Shown here piece after piece: positions 19,719 through 29,322 of a stretch of DNA of 64,000 nt. The position numbers and the translations under genes were made by a program. The notes below the pieces were generated by a model. It saw only the letters and a list, made by a program, of their open reading frames with translations, ran no database searches and had not been told where the DNA came from. Numbering within the stretch: the first letter of the stretch is position 1; every line of letters begins with the position of its first letter. Location: the NCBI GenBank assembly GCA_964578845.1, contig CAZOEF010000001.1:104591-168590 (forward strand), read 5' to 3'. The stretch is from Candidatus Woesearchaeota archaeon. GTDB lineage: Archaea; Nanobdellota; Nanobdellia; Pacearchaeales; GW2011-AR1.

Positions 19719-20666
19719 TTAATTTTTTAGATATTTGATTACGAAATTTTTGTTTTGAACGAGTGCCTTGTAAAGAAATTCTGCTCTTTGTATCATTCTT
19801 CTCTCCTGTGAGATTTGTATCTCTGATGCATTAGCCTGCACTAATTCTTCCAGCCTTTCTTTTCTTGTAATTAATCTATTTTCTACAGTAGCAAAAGCCT
19901 CTTCGTATGTAGTGATGGAATTCTCCATTGTCCAGTCTTCAATGATTTCACGTTGGTTCTCAATCCTATGATCCACTAAATCATTCTGCATCAAGTCTAT
20001 CCTTCTTTCAATGGGAATCTCTGAGCCAAAAATATCTGCCCTTTTAATAGAATCAATGCTTCCCAGCATCTCCGTTGATAATACGAGATTCCAATCCATC
20101 TGGCTGGTTAATGACGCAAGGGCATAAGCAAATTCTAAGGTAGGAGATGTATCCTGGATGTATCTTTTGAAAGTAGAGTGTGCGAAAGAGGCATTATCCC
20201 CTTCCTCATGCTGCATTTTCCTGAATATTGGCAGGAAGTAATTTATCAGAACTTCAGGAGATGGCTTGGCGCCTCTAAAGCCTGTCAGTAATTCACCCCA
20301 TTTTTTTAGGGGGTGATTTGCTCTTCTGAAAGTTGCATCCCCAGAATGATAGGATTTTTGATCATCCTCTTTTACCCCTGATTTATTAAAAATATCAGTT
20401 TCTAAATCTGCCGCATCTTTATCAAGAACATCTAAAGCATGTGCAATTCCTACTATCCTTTCAGGAGTTGCTTCATAAATAAGATCTGCAATGCCTAATT
20501 CCTGCCTTAATGCAATATTGATGGCATCTGCTACTCTCGAAGGGTTTGCCCTCAAGGCAGCCATTCTTTCAAGATAGTTCCAGGCCTGTTTAGTCCCTAT
20601 GTATTTCTCCCGCTTCAGCTCCTGAATAGCTTCAAATCTTATCCTCATCCTTTCGCTTTTATCCAT
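19719..20666 (-). CDS. Hypothetical protein (315 aa), opposite-strand insertion between EF-2 and EF-1alpha
   Basis: Clean ORF whose stop directly abuts the EF-2 stop. Predicted alpha-helical. I recognise no family. Confidence 0.5.
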   Translation of the reverse strand: MDKSERMRIRFEAIQELKREKYIGTKQAWNYLERMAALRANPSRVADAINIALRQELGIADLIYEATPERIVGIAHALDVLDKDAADLETDIFNKSGVKEDDQKSYHSGDATFRRANHPLKKWGELLTGFRGAKPSPEVLINYFLPIFRKMQHEEGDNASFAHSTFKRYIQDTSPTLEFAYALASLTSQMDWNLVLSTEMLGSIDSIKRADIFGSEIPIERRIDLMQNDLVDHRIENQREIIEDWTMENSITTYEEAFATVENRLITRKERLEELVQANASEIQISQERRMIQRAEFLYKALVQNKNFVIKYLKN

Positions 20667-20897
20667 TAAAAATAGTCTAAATGAGGATTTTTAAACGTTG
20701 TTATTGTTACTATTTACAAGTAAGAATTAATTGAGAGTTAACTATGGAATCTTTCGGCAGTAGAGAATTTTAATAAGCCTAAATAATCTTATTTAATTAT
20801 ATTAAATCTTAATAATTGATTAAATCTGGCATAGTCAAGAACGCAATATTTATTAACCTTAAATAACTTTATTTTATTATAAAAGAAGAGGTTAAAA

Positions 20898-21095
20898 TTG
20901 GCACTTAAAACGTTCAATATAAATGCAGATATTTATGAGGAGTTTTCTAAGCATTGCAAAGCTGAGGGCATAAGCATGAGCAAGAAGGTTGAGAAGTTCA
21001 TAAAAGAAGAACTTGAGAGGATCAAGAATTCAGGAGATAATCATGTCGAAGAAATGAAAAATATTTCTGGTCACGTGATGAGCAAGTATTGCTGA
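20898..21095 (+). CDS. Ribbon-helix-helix (CopG/Arc/MetJ-like) protein, candidate antitoxin or regulator
   Basis: 65 aa, with an N-terminal beta-strand then helices (KTFNINADIYEEFSKHCKAEGISMSKKVEKFIKEEL). It overlaps the next ORF by 7 nt. Confidence 0.5.
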   Translation: MALKTFNINADIYEEFSKHCKAEGISMSKKVEKFIKEELERIKNSGDNHVEEMKNISGHVMSKYC

Positions 21096-21433
21096 TGGCA
21101 GGATTAATCATAAAGGCTTTTTGCAATAAGGATGATTTAAAAAAACTTAGCCGTGGAGACGTTGTAGATTTCTTTCCTGATCCGAGATATGATCCTAAAA
21201 TACTCGATAAGGCTTTATGTGTTGAAGTGGATAGATCTAGCGCGGAATTCCTGATCAGGGCAGAACACGCCAAAAGGATTTACGAAGTAAAAATCCCATT
21301 GGGAAATCTTGCAGCTAACTGGAGTGGACAACTTGCATTGATAGACCCGCATAATTTCTTTCATTTAACTTACTTTTCGGGAACTACTGAATATGAAATA
21401 TGGGATAGAGACCTGAGAACTCACAGGCTTTAG
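21089..21433 (+). CDS. Hypothetical protein (114 aa), overlapping the RHH gene; candidate partner or toxin
   Basis: ORF translationally coupled to the RHH gene. No recognisable domain. Confidence 0.4.
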   Translation: MLMAGLIIKAFCNKDDLKKLSRGDVVDFFPDPRYDPKILDKALCVEVDRSSAEFLIRAEHAKRIYEVKIPLGNLAANWSGQLALIDPHNFFHLTYFSGTTEYEIWDRDLRTHRL

Positions 21434-21987
21434 GATTTCCACTTTATAGAACAACCCATCGACGGCTTCTGATCTTCTGCCTTTGGAAGATCAAGATCAT
21501 TTGCCAAAGCATTTACCGCTGAGAGCAATTCATGTTTTGTCACTAATGCCTCATCATGCCAGTTGTCGTCGATCCTTCCATGATAGACCAGCTCTTCTTT
21601 ATTATTGAACAGATAAATATCAGGAGTGCATTGCGCATTGAAAGATTTAGCGACATCCTGTGTTGAATCTATAAGATAAGGGAATTTTATCTCTAGTATC
21701 CTTATTAATTCTTTCATCTTCTCTGGAGAATCGTCTGGATAATCTGGATGGAGATTAGGGTTTATTGCGACAGAATTTATTCCAAGCTTCTTTGCCTGTG
21801 AAGCAATCTTTATGAAACGCTCCCATACTGCCTGCGCATATGGGCAATGATTGCATGTGAAAATAACAAGCAACCCCTTTTTTCCGACGAGATTGACAGA
21901 TGAAAATTCATCTCCTTCAGGATCCTTCAGGACAAAACCAGGCATTCTTGTGCCTAATGGAACGCTTTCTGATTTTAATAAAGCCAT
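21430..21987 (-). CDS. Thioredoxin-fold protein (redoxin/TlpA-like, CxxC)
   Basis: 185 aa, CNHCPY CxxC motif embedded in a thioredoxin-like beta-alpha-beta context (LLVIFTCNHCPYAQ). Confidence 0.55.
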   Translation of the reverse strand: MALLKSESVPLGTRMPGFVLKDPEGDEFSSVNLVGKKGLLVIFTCNHCPYAQAVWERFIKIASQAKKLGINSVAINPNLHPDYPDDSPEKMKELIRILEIKFPYLIDSTQDVAKSFNAQCTPDIYLFNNKEELVYHGRIDDNWHDEALVTKHELLSAVNALANDLDLPKAEDQKPSMGCSIKWKS

Positions 21988-22099
21988 AAATTACGTCGGA
22001 AAAAAATGTTAATAAAGTTTTGGATTTTTTATATTGCAATTTACAGAAAAGTTTAAATACCCTAAAAAATAGACACAATTACTTTTAACGAAAAACAAA

Positions 22100-23377
22100 A
22101 TGGCAAAAGAAAAACCAACATTGAACGTCGCTTTCGTGGGACACGTTGACCACGGAAAGAGCACTACCATTGGTAGATTGATGTTCGATTCAGGAAAATT
22201 ACCTCCTCAGGAATTAGAGAAACTTAAAGTCTTAGCTCAAGAGCAGGGAAAAGCTGGATTCGAATTCGCTTACGTAATGGATAGATTCAAGGAAGAAAGA
22301 CAGAGAGGAGTTACAATTGACCTTTCTTACCAGAAATTACCAACACAGAAATATGATGTAACCATCATTGACGCTCCTGGACACAAGGACTTCATCAAGA
22401 ATATGATTACTGGTGCTTCACAGGCAGACTGCGCTTTCTTGACAGTTGCTGCACAAGAAGGAGTCCAGCCGCAAACAAAAGAACACGCTTGGCTACTACG
22501 AACAATGGGTGTTGGACAAGTTGCAGTACTAGTTAACAAGATGGATACTGTTGAATACAAAGAAGACGCTTATAAGAAAGTAGTTGCTGATGTTTCAGTT
22601 ATCTTAAAACAAGCAGGATACAAGACAGATACTATGCCTTTCATTCCTATTTCAGGATTCAAAGGGGACAATGTTGCTAAGAAGTCTGAAAATATGACTT
22701 GGTACAAGGGACCTACAATCCTTGAACAACTTGATCTATTCGAGCAGCCTGAAAAACCAACTCAGCTTCCATTAAGAATGCCATTACAAGATGTTTATGA
22801 AATCACTGGTATAGGAACTGTCCCAGTAGGAAAGATTGAGACTGGAGTAATGAAGATTGGCCAGAAAGTAGTAATCTTACCAGGAAGAAGCGGAACAGGA
22901 ATAAACGGAGAGATCAGAACAATTGAAATGCACCACGAACAATTACAGACTGCTGAAGCTGGAGACAACTGCGGTATTAACATTAGAGGCGTTGGCAAGA
23001 AGGATGTAGCTAGAGGAGATGTTATTTGTGATGCATCAAGCCCTGCAACATTAGCTGAAGAATTCGTAGCACAAGTCGCTATAATCTCACACCCTACAGT
23101 AATAGCTAAAGGATACACACCTGTATTCCACGTACATACAGCTCAGGTACCTTGCCAATTTGTAGAGCTTATTGAGGTAAACAGGGGCGGACAGACTACC
23201 CCTAATCCGGACTTCTTGAAGAATGGAGATGTAGCCAAAGTAAGAATCAAACCAATCGGAAACTTAGTATTAGAGACACAGGCTCAGAATCCTCATATGT
23301 CAAGGTTTGCTATCAGAGACGCTGGAGCTACAGTTGCTGCTGGAGTCTGCATAGACATCACTGCTAAGAAGATTTAA
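22100..23377 (+). CDS. tuf: Elongation factor 1-alpha (aEF-1alpha / EF-Tu)
   Basis: 425 aa. [18 protein letters not shown], and conserved domains II/III. Confidence 0.95.
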   Translation: MAKEKPTLNVAFVGHVDHGKSTTIGRLMFDSGKLPPQELEKLKVLAQEQGKAGFEFAYVMDRFKEERQRGVTIDLSYQKLPTQKYDVTIIDAPGHKDFIKNMITGASQADCAFLTVAAQEGVQPQTKEHAWLLRTMGVGQVAVLVNKMDTVEYKEDAYKKVVADVSVILKQAGYKTDTMPFIPISGFKGDNVAKKSENMTWYKGPTILEQLDLFEQPEKPTQLPLRMPLQDVYEITGIGTVPVGKIETGVMKIGQKVVILPGRSGTGINGEIRTIEMHHEQLQTAEAGDNCGINIRGVGKKDVARGDVICDASSPATLAEEFVAQVAIISHPTVIAKGYTPVFHVHTAQVPCQFVELIEVNRGGQTTPNPDFLKNGDVAKVRIKPIGNLVLETQAQNPHMSRFAIRDAGATVAAGVCIDITAKKI

Positions 23378-23425
23378 TTTTTTTATTACCTAAATTTATA
23401 TAAAGAACTTAATCTCATTTGAGGT

Positions 23426-23989
23426 ATGCCTATTCTTGAAGAAAGGATTTCTGCAAATAGTGACATAGCTTTGAAAGCAATAAGGACAATTCCTAATGAA
23501 GTAAATAAAATGGAAATAAGGATTAGTTTTCAGGGCTTGCCTGAACCACAATTCTTCAGTTCAAACAAAAAGGAATTCAGTATAAAGGTCGGAGAATTAA
23601 TTGAAAAAGGAGTAATGCCTTCCACAGAATTATGCTTTGAATGGGATTCGTCAAAAGAATTATTTATTTCAAGAGAAAGCAAAGTACATCCCAGGGTGCC
23701 TCACCTCCCGCTTATGAAGGGAGGAAAGATCCATATCTTTACATATATAGCTACACCCTATGAAAAGGGAGGTTTCAATAAGTTTAGAGATAATTACTTG
23801 GATAATCTGCTAGCGGAAGGTTATTTGCCACTGGAAGCTGAGATGGAATGCCCTCTAATAGGAAATCACGGTCAAGGTTATATGTGTGTAAGATACTCAA
23901 GAGGCAATTTATCTATCTTTGAGAGGCTAGATGTGAAAAGAGAGGATGTTGAAAGATTTAAAGAATGGATGCAAACGTTAAGATCTTAG
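23426..23989 (+). CDS. Hypothetical protein (187 aa) at the position normally occupied by rps10
   Basis: Clean ORF 48 nt after tuf. It is not S10-like and I recognise no family. Confidence 0.45.
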   Translation: MPILEERISANSDIALKAIRTIPNEVNKMEIRISFQGLPEPQFFSSNKKEFSIKVGELIEKGVMPSTELCFEWDSSKELFISRESKVHPRVPHLPLMKGGKIHIFTYIATPYEKGGFNKFRDNYLDNLLAEGYLPLEAEMECPLIGNHGQGYMCVRYSRGNLSIFERLDVKREDVERFKEWMQTLRS

Positions 23990-24002
23990 AATATCATTAA
24001 TA

Positions 24003-24629
24003 GTGCAATGCAATAAAGATTATAAAGAGAGGATTTCAGTTTTTATTATGAGAGTGATAGACAGGCCGGTGGCTGAGAAATCAAAGAGTGAAATAGAAAA
24101 AAGGATGAGCACTATGGGTGACTATGTCAAGATGAGCTATCTTCAAAGAGCATTGAAATCAGGCCTTGATTTTGACACAAAGAAATTTGTCCTTTTTAAA
24201 CTTGCAGAAGTATATGAGCAGAGGAGGATGTATTTAGAGGCTGCGAAAATGGTGAAGGCAGGAGCTGAGATAAACACCACATTCAAGGACAAGATAAAAG
24301 ATTTTATGAGGTCAGTCAATCTTTGCGTGAAAGCTAATGATTTTGCTGAAGCTGACAGGATATTTGCGCAAGCACTAGCTTTAGGAAGTGAGCGAGAGAA
24401 GCAAGAAATGAAGGAAAGCTTAAGGGAATTCTACAGGGCACATGCAAGGTTCTGCTTGAGCAATGATAAGAGAAGCTATGCGAAGAACGCGTATGAAAAA
24501 TTATTGAGCCTGGAGACAAATCCCCAGTCAAAGAAGGAAACACAGCAGCAATTACTAGAGTTGTACAACAGGCTTGGCCTGATAAAAAATTATTACTCAT
24601 TGAAAGACAACATAAACAAGGCTTCTTAA
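24003..24629 (+). CDS. Hypothetical alpha-helical (TPR-like) protein
   Basis: 208 aa with helical-repeat character (LAEVYEQRRMYLEAAKM..., ...AYEKLLSLETNPQ...). Confidence 0.4.
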   Translation: MQCNKDYKERISVFIMRVIDRPVAEKSKSEIEKRMSTMGDYVKMSYLQRALKSGLDFDTKKFVLFKLAEVYEQRRMYLEAAKMVKAGAEINTTFKDKIKDFMRSVNLCVKANDFAEADRIFAQALALGSEREKQEMKESLREFYRAHARFCLSNDKRSYAKNAYEKLLSLETNPQSKKETQQQLLELYNRLGLIKNYYSLKDNINKAS

Positions 24630-24668
24630 AAAAATAAATGCCCAAAAAATCAAGGGCTTCTTGAAAAT

Positions 24669-24791
24669 TCAATAGTCAGATGAATCAAGTCCTTCGAAAA
24701 GCTCTTCAGTCTCTTCGACAGGCTCAAATTCCTCGTCGGCCATTTGCACATTGTGCTCTGGCATGTCAAAAAGTTCTGTTTCTCTCACCAT
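24669..24791 (-). CDS. Possible small acidic protein (40 aa, MVRETELFDMPEHNVQMADEEFEPVEETEELFEGLDSSDY)
   Basis: A short ORF in a 268-nt gap between convergent genes. Not in the ORF track (<60 aa). No support beyond the open frame. Confidence 0.2.
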   Translation of the reverse strand: MVRETELFDMPEHNVQMADEEFEPVEETEELFEGLDSSDY

Positions 24792-24897
24792 CTTTTTCTA
24801 AGCCTAGTGGTTAGGAGTGATATATAAATCTTTCCCGGAATTTTTGTGTATATTTTAAGACAACTAAAAATATATAAACAAAATAACTTTTTTAATT

Positions 24898-25938
24898 TCA
24901 CCGCGATTTTTCTTTAGGATTAGATATTATTTGATTAATCTTATTCTTTATTTTATCGACGTCATTTAGATCTTTTATTTTATATCTTGGAATGAACGGA
25001 CCTGATTGTGACCGAAAGTTGTATCTTATTTTCGTCGGAGAGATAAGTGTAAATTCTCTGCTTGGCAAGTCATCCTTCCTTATTTCAGTATAAGGAGTAT
25101 CTGCTGAGGTCTGTTGGCCTATTTGAATAGTATTTGGCAAGGATAGTAATTTGTCTAAAAAGATAATTGAAGCGCTGCGTGAAGATTTATCAGTTATGAT
25201 TATTATTTTTGCATAAACTGGATTGTTCTTTTTAGCCTTAGAGACTTTTGTCCTTGGTTCTTTTAGGATTATGAATTCTTTATTTTGCCTGATTGCTTTT
25301 TCTATTTTTGAAACAACTTCGGTAAAATATCCTTTGGTCTTATCTGCTAGATTAGCCCCCTTGAGGCAGTTCTTATAGTGATTTAGATTTCCTTGTGAGA
25401 CTCTTATCTTGGCATATTTATTCCTTCCAGGAAAATTCTTTCTTGAGGAAATAAACTCTTTGCCCCATAGCTTTTCTATAATTCTATCACCCCAAACAGT
25501 CGCTCCCCCTTCAGTATTCCTCATATCGAAAACGATTAATTCATTATTCCTATAATTTTCAATCTTTTCAATAATATCATTCAATTTATTGAATTCTTTT
25601 TTAGTCCTTGGCAGGAATGAAGGTATCTTTACCCAAACCCTATCTTTTTGATATTCTCTTATGAAAAATTGTCTCTCCGCTTGGACTTTCCCTTTATCAG
25701 GTTTTTCCAGTCTTACGTGCACATCATCAAAACCTTGGATATATTTACTTAGGACATTCTCATAATCCTGTTTTGACTTAATTCTAGAGATTGAATTAAT
25801 TGATTTTCTAAACCCTTCTTCGAGCCATTTCCTGAATTTATTGCCTTCCTTAGATTTGTCCAATTGACCTGGATGGTTCTCTCTAAGAGTTTGATAAATG
25901 AATTCTAGATCCTGTTTAGCCCTATCCCTCCAGTCCAT
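24898..25938 (-). CDS. S41-family (C-terminal processing / tail-specific protease-like) serine peptidase
   Basis: LIVFDMRNTEGG and IIIITDKSSRSASIIF resemble the S41 LxxDLRxNxGG and SASE catalytic-serine regions. Confidence 0.6.
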   Translation of the reverse strand: MDWRDRAKQDLEFIYQTLRENHPGQLDKSKEGNKFRKWLEEGFRKSINSISRIKSKQDYENVLSKYIQGFDDVHVRLEKPDKGKVQAERQFFIREYQKDRVWVKIPSFLPRTKKEFNKLNDIIEKIENYRNNELIVFDMRNTEGGATVWGDRIIEKLWGKEFISSRKNFPGRNKYAKIRVSQGNLNHYKNCLKGANLADKTKGYFTEVVSKIEKAIRQNKEFIILKEPRTKVSKAKKNNPVYAKIIIITDKSSRSASIIFLDKLLSLPNTIQIGQQTSADTPYTEIRKDDLPSREFTLISPTKIRYNFRSQSGPFIPRYKIKDLNDVDKIKNKINQIISNPKEKSR

Positions 25939-26122
25939 AGATTATAGAAGGAGATATTTTATATAAAGATATCAACCAAAGCTTTATATACTCTCAATCA
26001 AGTTTATCATTAATTAAAGGTAGCTATTAGATTACCCTCATATTCACTTCACACGTTAGGACGTTTGATTAGATTTGTCCAATAGAATAAGAGATTCACG
26101 ATTTTCTACCTGTATCAACAAA

Positions 26123-27274
26123 ATGGCAAAAATAAGTCCGGTATCGATAAAATATATGATCTACGCTAGCTTCGCTGCTGAAGGCCCTCTTGAAAAGCCT
26201 GATGTTATCGGGGCTATTTTTGGGCAGACTGAAGGCCTTTTAGGTGCAGACTTAGAGATGCGTGAACTGCAAAAAGAAGGAAAGATTGGAAGGATCGAGG
26301 TTGACCTGAACACTATTGACGGAAAGACTGTAGGCGAGATACAATTGCCTAGTGCATTGGACAAATCAGAGACCACTATCATCGCTGCTACACTGGAAAC
26401 AATCGACAGAATCGGGCCTACTGAAGCCAAGATCGAGATAAAGAAAATCGAGGATGTAAGGGGCAACAAGAGAGATTATATTATAGAGAGAGCGAGAAAG
26501 CTTCTTGAAGGACTAGATACTTCAGGCGATGCAGGGATGGCAAAAGCCCTGAAGGATGAATCCAGAGCCGCCAGAATCCAGGAATATGGTTTTGAGAAAC
26601 TGCCTGCAGGAGATTTAACTAGCGACGAAATAATAGTTGTTGAAGGAAGGGCTGACGTTGTAAACCTACTAAAGAACAGAGTGAATAATGTTATTGGAAT
26701 GGATGGAGCAAAGCTTCCTAAATCTATTGCAGAATTAGGAAAAGAAAAAGAGCTTACATTATTTGTAGACGGTGACAGGGGCGGAAAACTTATCGCTAAG
26801 AATGTCACAGATAATGCAAAAGTAGCATATATCGCTGTAGCTCCTGACGGAAAGGAAGTTGAGGAATTGACAGGAAAAGAAATATTACAGAGTCTTAGAA
26901 GGAAGGTCACAGTCGAGGAATATTTCAGGAGAGAATCAAGGGGCTCACCAAGAAGGTTCTCAAGAGATGAAGAAGAGGAGGAAGTTCCTGAATATGAGGG
27001 AGATGTCAAGGAAGCATTGAAGGAAAAATATTCTGAAGTCGAGAACAGCAGGAAAGCATTAGTATTAGGAAATGATCTTGGATTCATCAGGAAAGTATCA
27101 CTAGGAGAATTACCAAGCACATTAAGAAGAACTAGAAAGAAAGTGTTTGCTGTTGTGATAGATGGCTCAGCCACTAAGTCAATAATTGAAGCCTGTGAAG
27201 AAAAAGGCGTATCTCATCTTGGAGCTAAAAATTTTGCTGCTGTTGATACTAAGATCAATCTAGTTAGCTTGTAA
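26123..27274 (+). CDS. dnaG: Archaeal DnaG-type primase (Toprim domain); start placed at the second Met
   Basis: ...KYMIYASFAAEGPLEKPDVIGAIFGQTEGLLG...RIEVDL... matches the archaeal DnaG N-terminal region. Toprim IVVEGRADV...FVDGDRGG, with an acidic/basic C-terminal tail. The ORF track starts at 26075; the MAKISPV start at 26123 fits homologues better. Confidence 0.8.
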   Translation: MAKISPVSIKYMIYASFAAEGPLEKPDVIGAIFGQTEGLLGADLEMRELQKEGKIGRIEVDLNTIDGKTVGEIQLPSALDKSETTIIAATLETIDRIGPTEAKIEIKKIEDVRGNKRDYIIERARKLLEGLDTSGDAGMAKALKDESRAARIQEYGFEKLPAGDLTSDEIIVVEGRADVVNLLKNRVNNVIGMDGAKLPKSIAELGKEKELTLFVDGDRGGKLIAKNVTDNAKVAYIAVAPDGKEVEELTGKEILQSLRRKVTVEEYFRRESRGSPRRFSRDEEEEEVPEYEGDVKEALKEKYSEVENSRKALVLGNDLGFIRKVSLGELPSTLRRTRKKVFAVVIDGSATKSIIEACEEKGVSHLGAKNFAAVDTKINLVSL

Positions 27275-27309
27275 GTAATTTTTAAATAGGCGCTAAATCT
27301 ATAATATTT

Positions 27310-27753
27310 ATGTACTGGGACTGGAAAAGAGGGGCGATACTTGCAGGAATAATAATCCTTACTTTCTTTACTCTCTATGTGACTTTCTCGCCGGAAAAAT
27401 GCCCTAATTTAGAATGTTTCCAGGAGAATTTGGCAAAATGCATGCCTGCAACTTATGTCAATGAAGAGCCTGAAGCTTCGTGGGGATACCAAATAGCCGG
27501 AAGAAAGGACGACAAATGCAGGATTGAAGTCACTTTACTAAGCGCTAAAGAAGGGCCTTTGGGGCTGAGAGATTATGAAGGGAATTCTATGGTATGTGCT
27601 TATCAGTTAGGATACCTGACATTTCCTGAGAAGAATTTAGATGCCTGCTCAGGAGAGCTGAAAGAAAATATGCAGTCTGTAATAATAGAGAAATTATACA
27701 GATACATAATAGACAACCTTGGGGAAATTTCCGAAGGTGTTGATGAAATCTAG
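27310..27753 (+). CDS. Hypothetical membrane-anchored Cys-rich protein
   Basis: N-terminal TM helix (AILAGIIILTFFTLYVTF) and six Cys in the ectodomain. Confidence 0.35.
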   Translation: MYWDWKRGAILAGIIILTFFTLYVTFSPEKCPNLECFQENLAKCMPATYVNEEPEASWGYQIAGRKDDKCRIEVTLLSAKEGPLGLRDYEGNSMVCAYQLGYLTFPEKNLDACSGELKENMQSVIIEKLYRYIIDNLGEISEGVDEI

Positions 27754-27769
27754 AAAATATTAAATAGGT

Positions 27770-28204
27770 TTGATAAGCAGGTTTTTTATGCCTGAACTGA
27801 TAGGACCCTTAGAAATCGTAGCGCATTCTAATGTCATACTTAAAGTTGACCAGGAATATAATGCTAAAAGGCTGAAAGTCATAACTTCAAGAGGAGAAAC
27901 TGGAGATCTGCAGATACTAATAGGACCAAATGATGACGGAAATATGCCTATTGAAATAACTAATCCTGATAGGCATATAATAAGGACAAGATGGAATAAT
28001 AGCTATGACATTTACTTTAAGAAAATTAATGTCCCTATTGTGGAGGTCAGAAGATTTAGAAAACCTTTAATGATAGGTTATTTCCTGTTTGCCGCGAATA
28101 AGGAAATCCTAAACGAATCAAACTCATATCGCCTGCTTTGCGAAGACGTGGTCAGTTCAGAGGAATACTTGGAGAGAGTCAGGGAACTTAGAGGAAAAAG
28201 ATAA
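27770..28204 (+). CDS. Hypothetical protein (144 aa)
   Basis: Clean ORF closely following the previous gene. No recognised motif. Confidence 0.35.
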   Translation: MISRFFMPELIGPLEIVAHSNVILKVDQEYNAKRLKVITSRGETGDLQILIGPNDDGNMPIEITNPDRHIIRTRWNNSYDIYFKKINVPIVEVRRFRKPLMIGYFLFAANKEILNESNSYRLLCEDVVSSEEYLERVRELRGKR

Positions 28205-28228
28205 AAGCTGATTTTTCTTGTTTTATAT

Positions 28229-28999
28229 ATGGATATAAAATTAGGGCCGGCAGGGCTTGGGCCTGTCAAAACAGCTGAACAGGTTTTGGAAGAATACCAC
28301 AAGAAAGGCTTTCGTGCAGTAGAGGTAGCTTTCACATATTCTGTTTATATTAAAGACAAGGAAGACGCTGCAAGGATAGGCAAGAAAGCAAAAGATTTAG
28401 GGATATCGTTAAGCATACACGCGCCTTATTGGGTAAACCTTAATTCTTCTGAAAAAGAAAAGAGGGAGGCTACAAAACAGAGAATACTCAGATGCTGTGA
28501 AGTAGGTGAATGGCTTGGAGCAAAAAGAGTTGTCTTCCATCCTGGTTTTTACGGCAAGAACAAAGAAGGTGCTTATGAAATGATCAAAGAAGGGATAAAG
28601 GATATTATGTCTGAAATGAAGAAGAAGAAATGGTCTATACAGATAGCCCCAGAGACTATGGGGAAAGTGAATGTGTTTGGAAGCCTAGAAGAAGTATCCC
28701 AATTAGTTAAAGACACAGGATGCAGTTTCTGCATAGATTTCGCACACATTTTAGCTAGAGACAAAAAGGTAGATTATGAAAGGGTGAAAAAGCTGTTTCC
28801 ACAAAAAGAATGGCACTGCCATTTCTCAGGGATAATTTACGGTGATAAGGGAGAAAAGTCGCATAAATCGACAGAGACTAAAGAATGGAAAGACCTATTT
28901 AATAATTTACCCAAGGATAAAAAGATAACTTTGGTGAATGAGTCACCTACGATGATAGATGACTGTATTGAAGCTATCAAGCTACTCAGGAAGACTTAG
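28229..28999 (+). CDS. nfo: Endonuclease IV-like AP endonuclease (xylose-isomerase-like TIM barrel)
   Basis: ...SIHAPYWVNLNSSEKEKREAT...RVVFHPGF...CIDFAHI... match the Nfo metal-binding segments. Confidence 0.7.
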   Translation: MDIKLGPAGLGPVKTAEQVLEEYHKKGFRAVEVAFTYSVYIKDKEDAARIGKKAKDLGISLSIHAPYWVNLNSSEKEKREATKQRILRCCEVGEWLGAKRVVFHPGFYGKNKEGAYEMIKEGIKDIMSEMKKKKWSIQIAPETMGKVNVFGSLEEVSQLVKDTGCSFCIDFAHILARDKKVDYERVKKLFPQKEWHCHFSGIIYGDKGEKSHKSTETKEWKDLFNNLPKDKKITLVNESPTMIDDCIEAIKLLRKT

Positions 29000-29186
29000 A
29001 AATCCTTTCCCTAAGCCTGTCTATCTCAATCAATTTTGTCCTGGCCTGCATAGGGTTAACTTTGCAAAGGTTTAAAATAGACAGAATTTTCTGCAAAACA
29101 TCGTCATAACTATCCCTGGGATGGACTTTCAGCTTATCAAGACGCTTTTTTGTCTCCCTATCCAGCTTTACCGTGGTGGTATCCAT
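28986..29186 (-). CDS. Small ribbon-helix-helix-like DNA-binding protein (start at internal Met)
   Basis: MDTTTVKLDRETKKRLDKLKVHPRDSYDDVLQKILS is the typical archaeal RHH-like pattern. The ORF track extends it to 29234. Confidence 0.45.
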   Translation of the reverse strand: MDTTTVKLDRETKKRLDKLKVHPRDSYDDVLQKILSILNLCKVNPMQARTKLIEIDRLRERISKSS

Positions 29187-29322
29187 TCTGGTATACCAAA
29201 GTGGAAGTTTATAAGTCTTTTTGTTACTACACAATCAATACAAATCTGTTGTCATCGTAAAGTTTATAAAGGAATTCTGGGTTGGAATATTAACTAAATT
29301 TAAAATGCAACACACAAACAAA

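Noticed and set aside
20667-20897. 230-bp extremely AT-rich spacer with imperfect repeats, as a possible replication origin
   Set aside because: No ORB-like dyads and no orc1/cdc6 gene nearby. More simply explained as divergent promoters for the inserted genes.
1074-27174. Numerous 60-230-aa ORFs on the strand opposite to large, well-supported genes (e.g. 1074-1256, 2183-2593, 3649-4035, 9585-10006, 12682-13014, 15052-15666, 16065-16412, 22327-23118, 26161-27174)
   Set aside because: They lie wholly inside confidently identified conserved genes (nuclease, nrdR/nrdJ, rpoB, rpoA, nusA, tuf, dnaG). They have low-complexity, Ser/Leu-rich translations typical of antisense shadow ORFs in AT-rich DNA.
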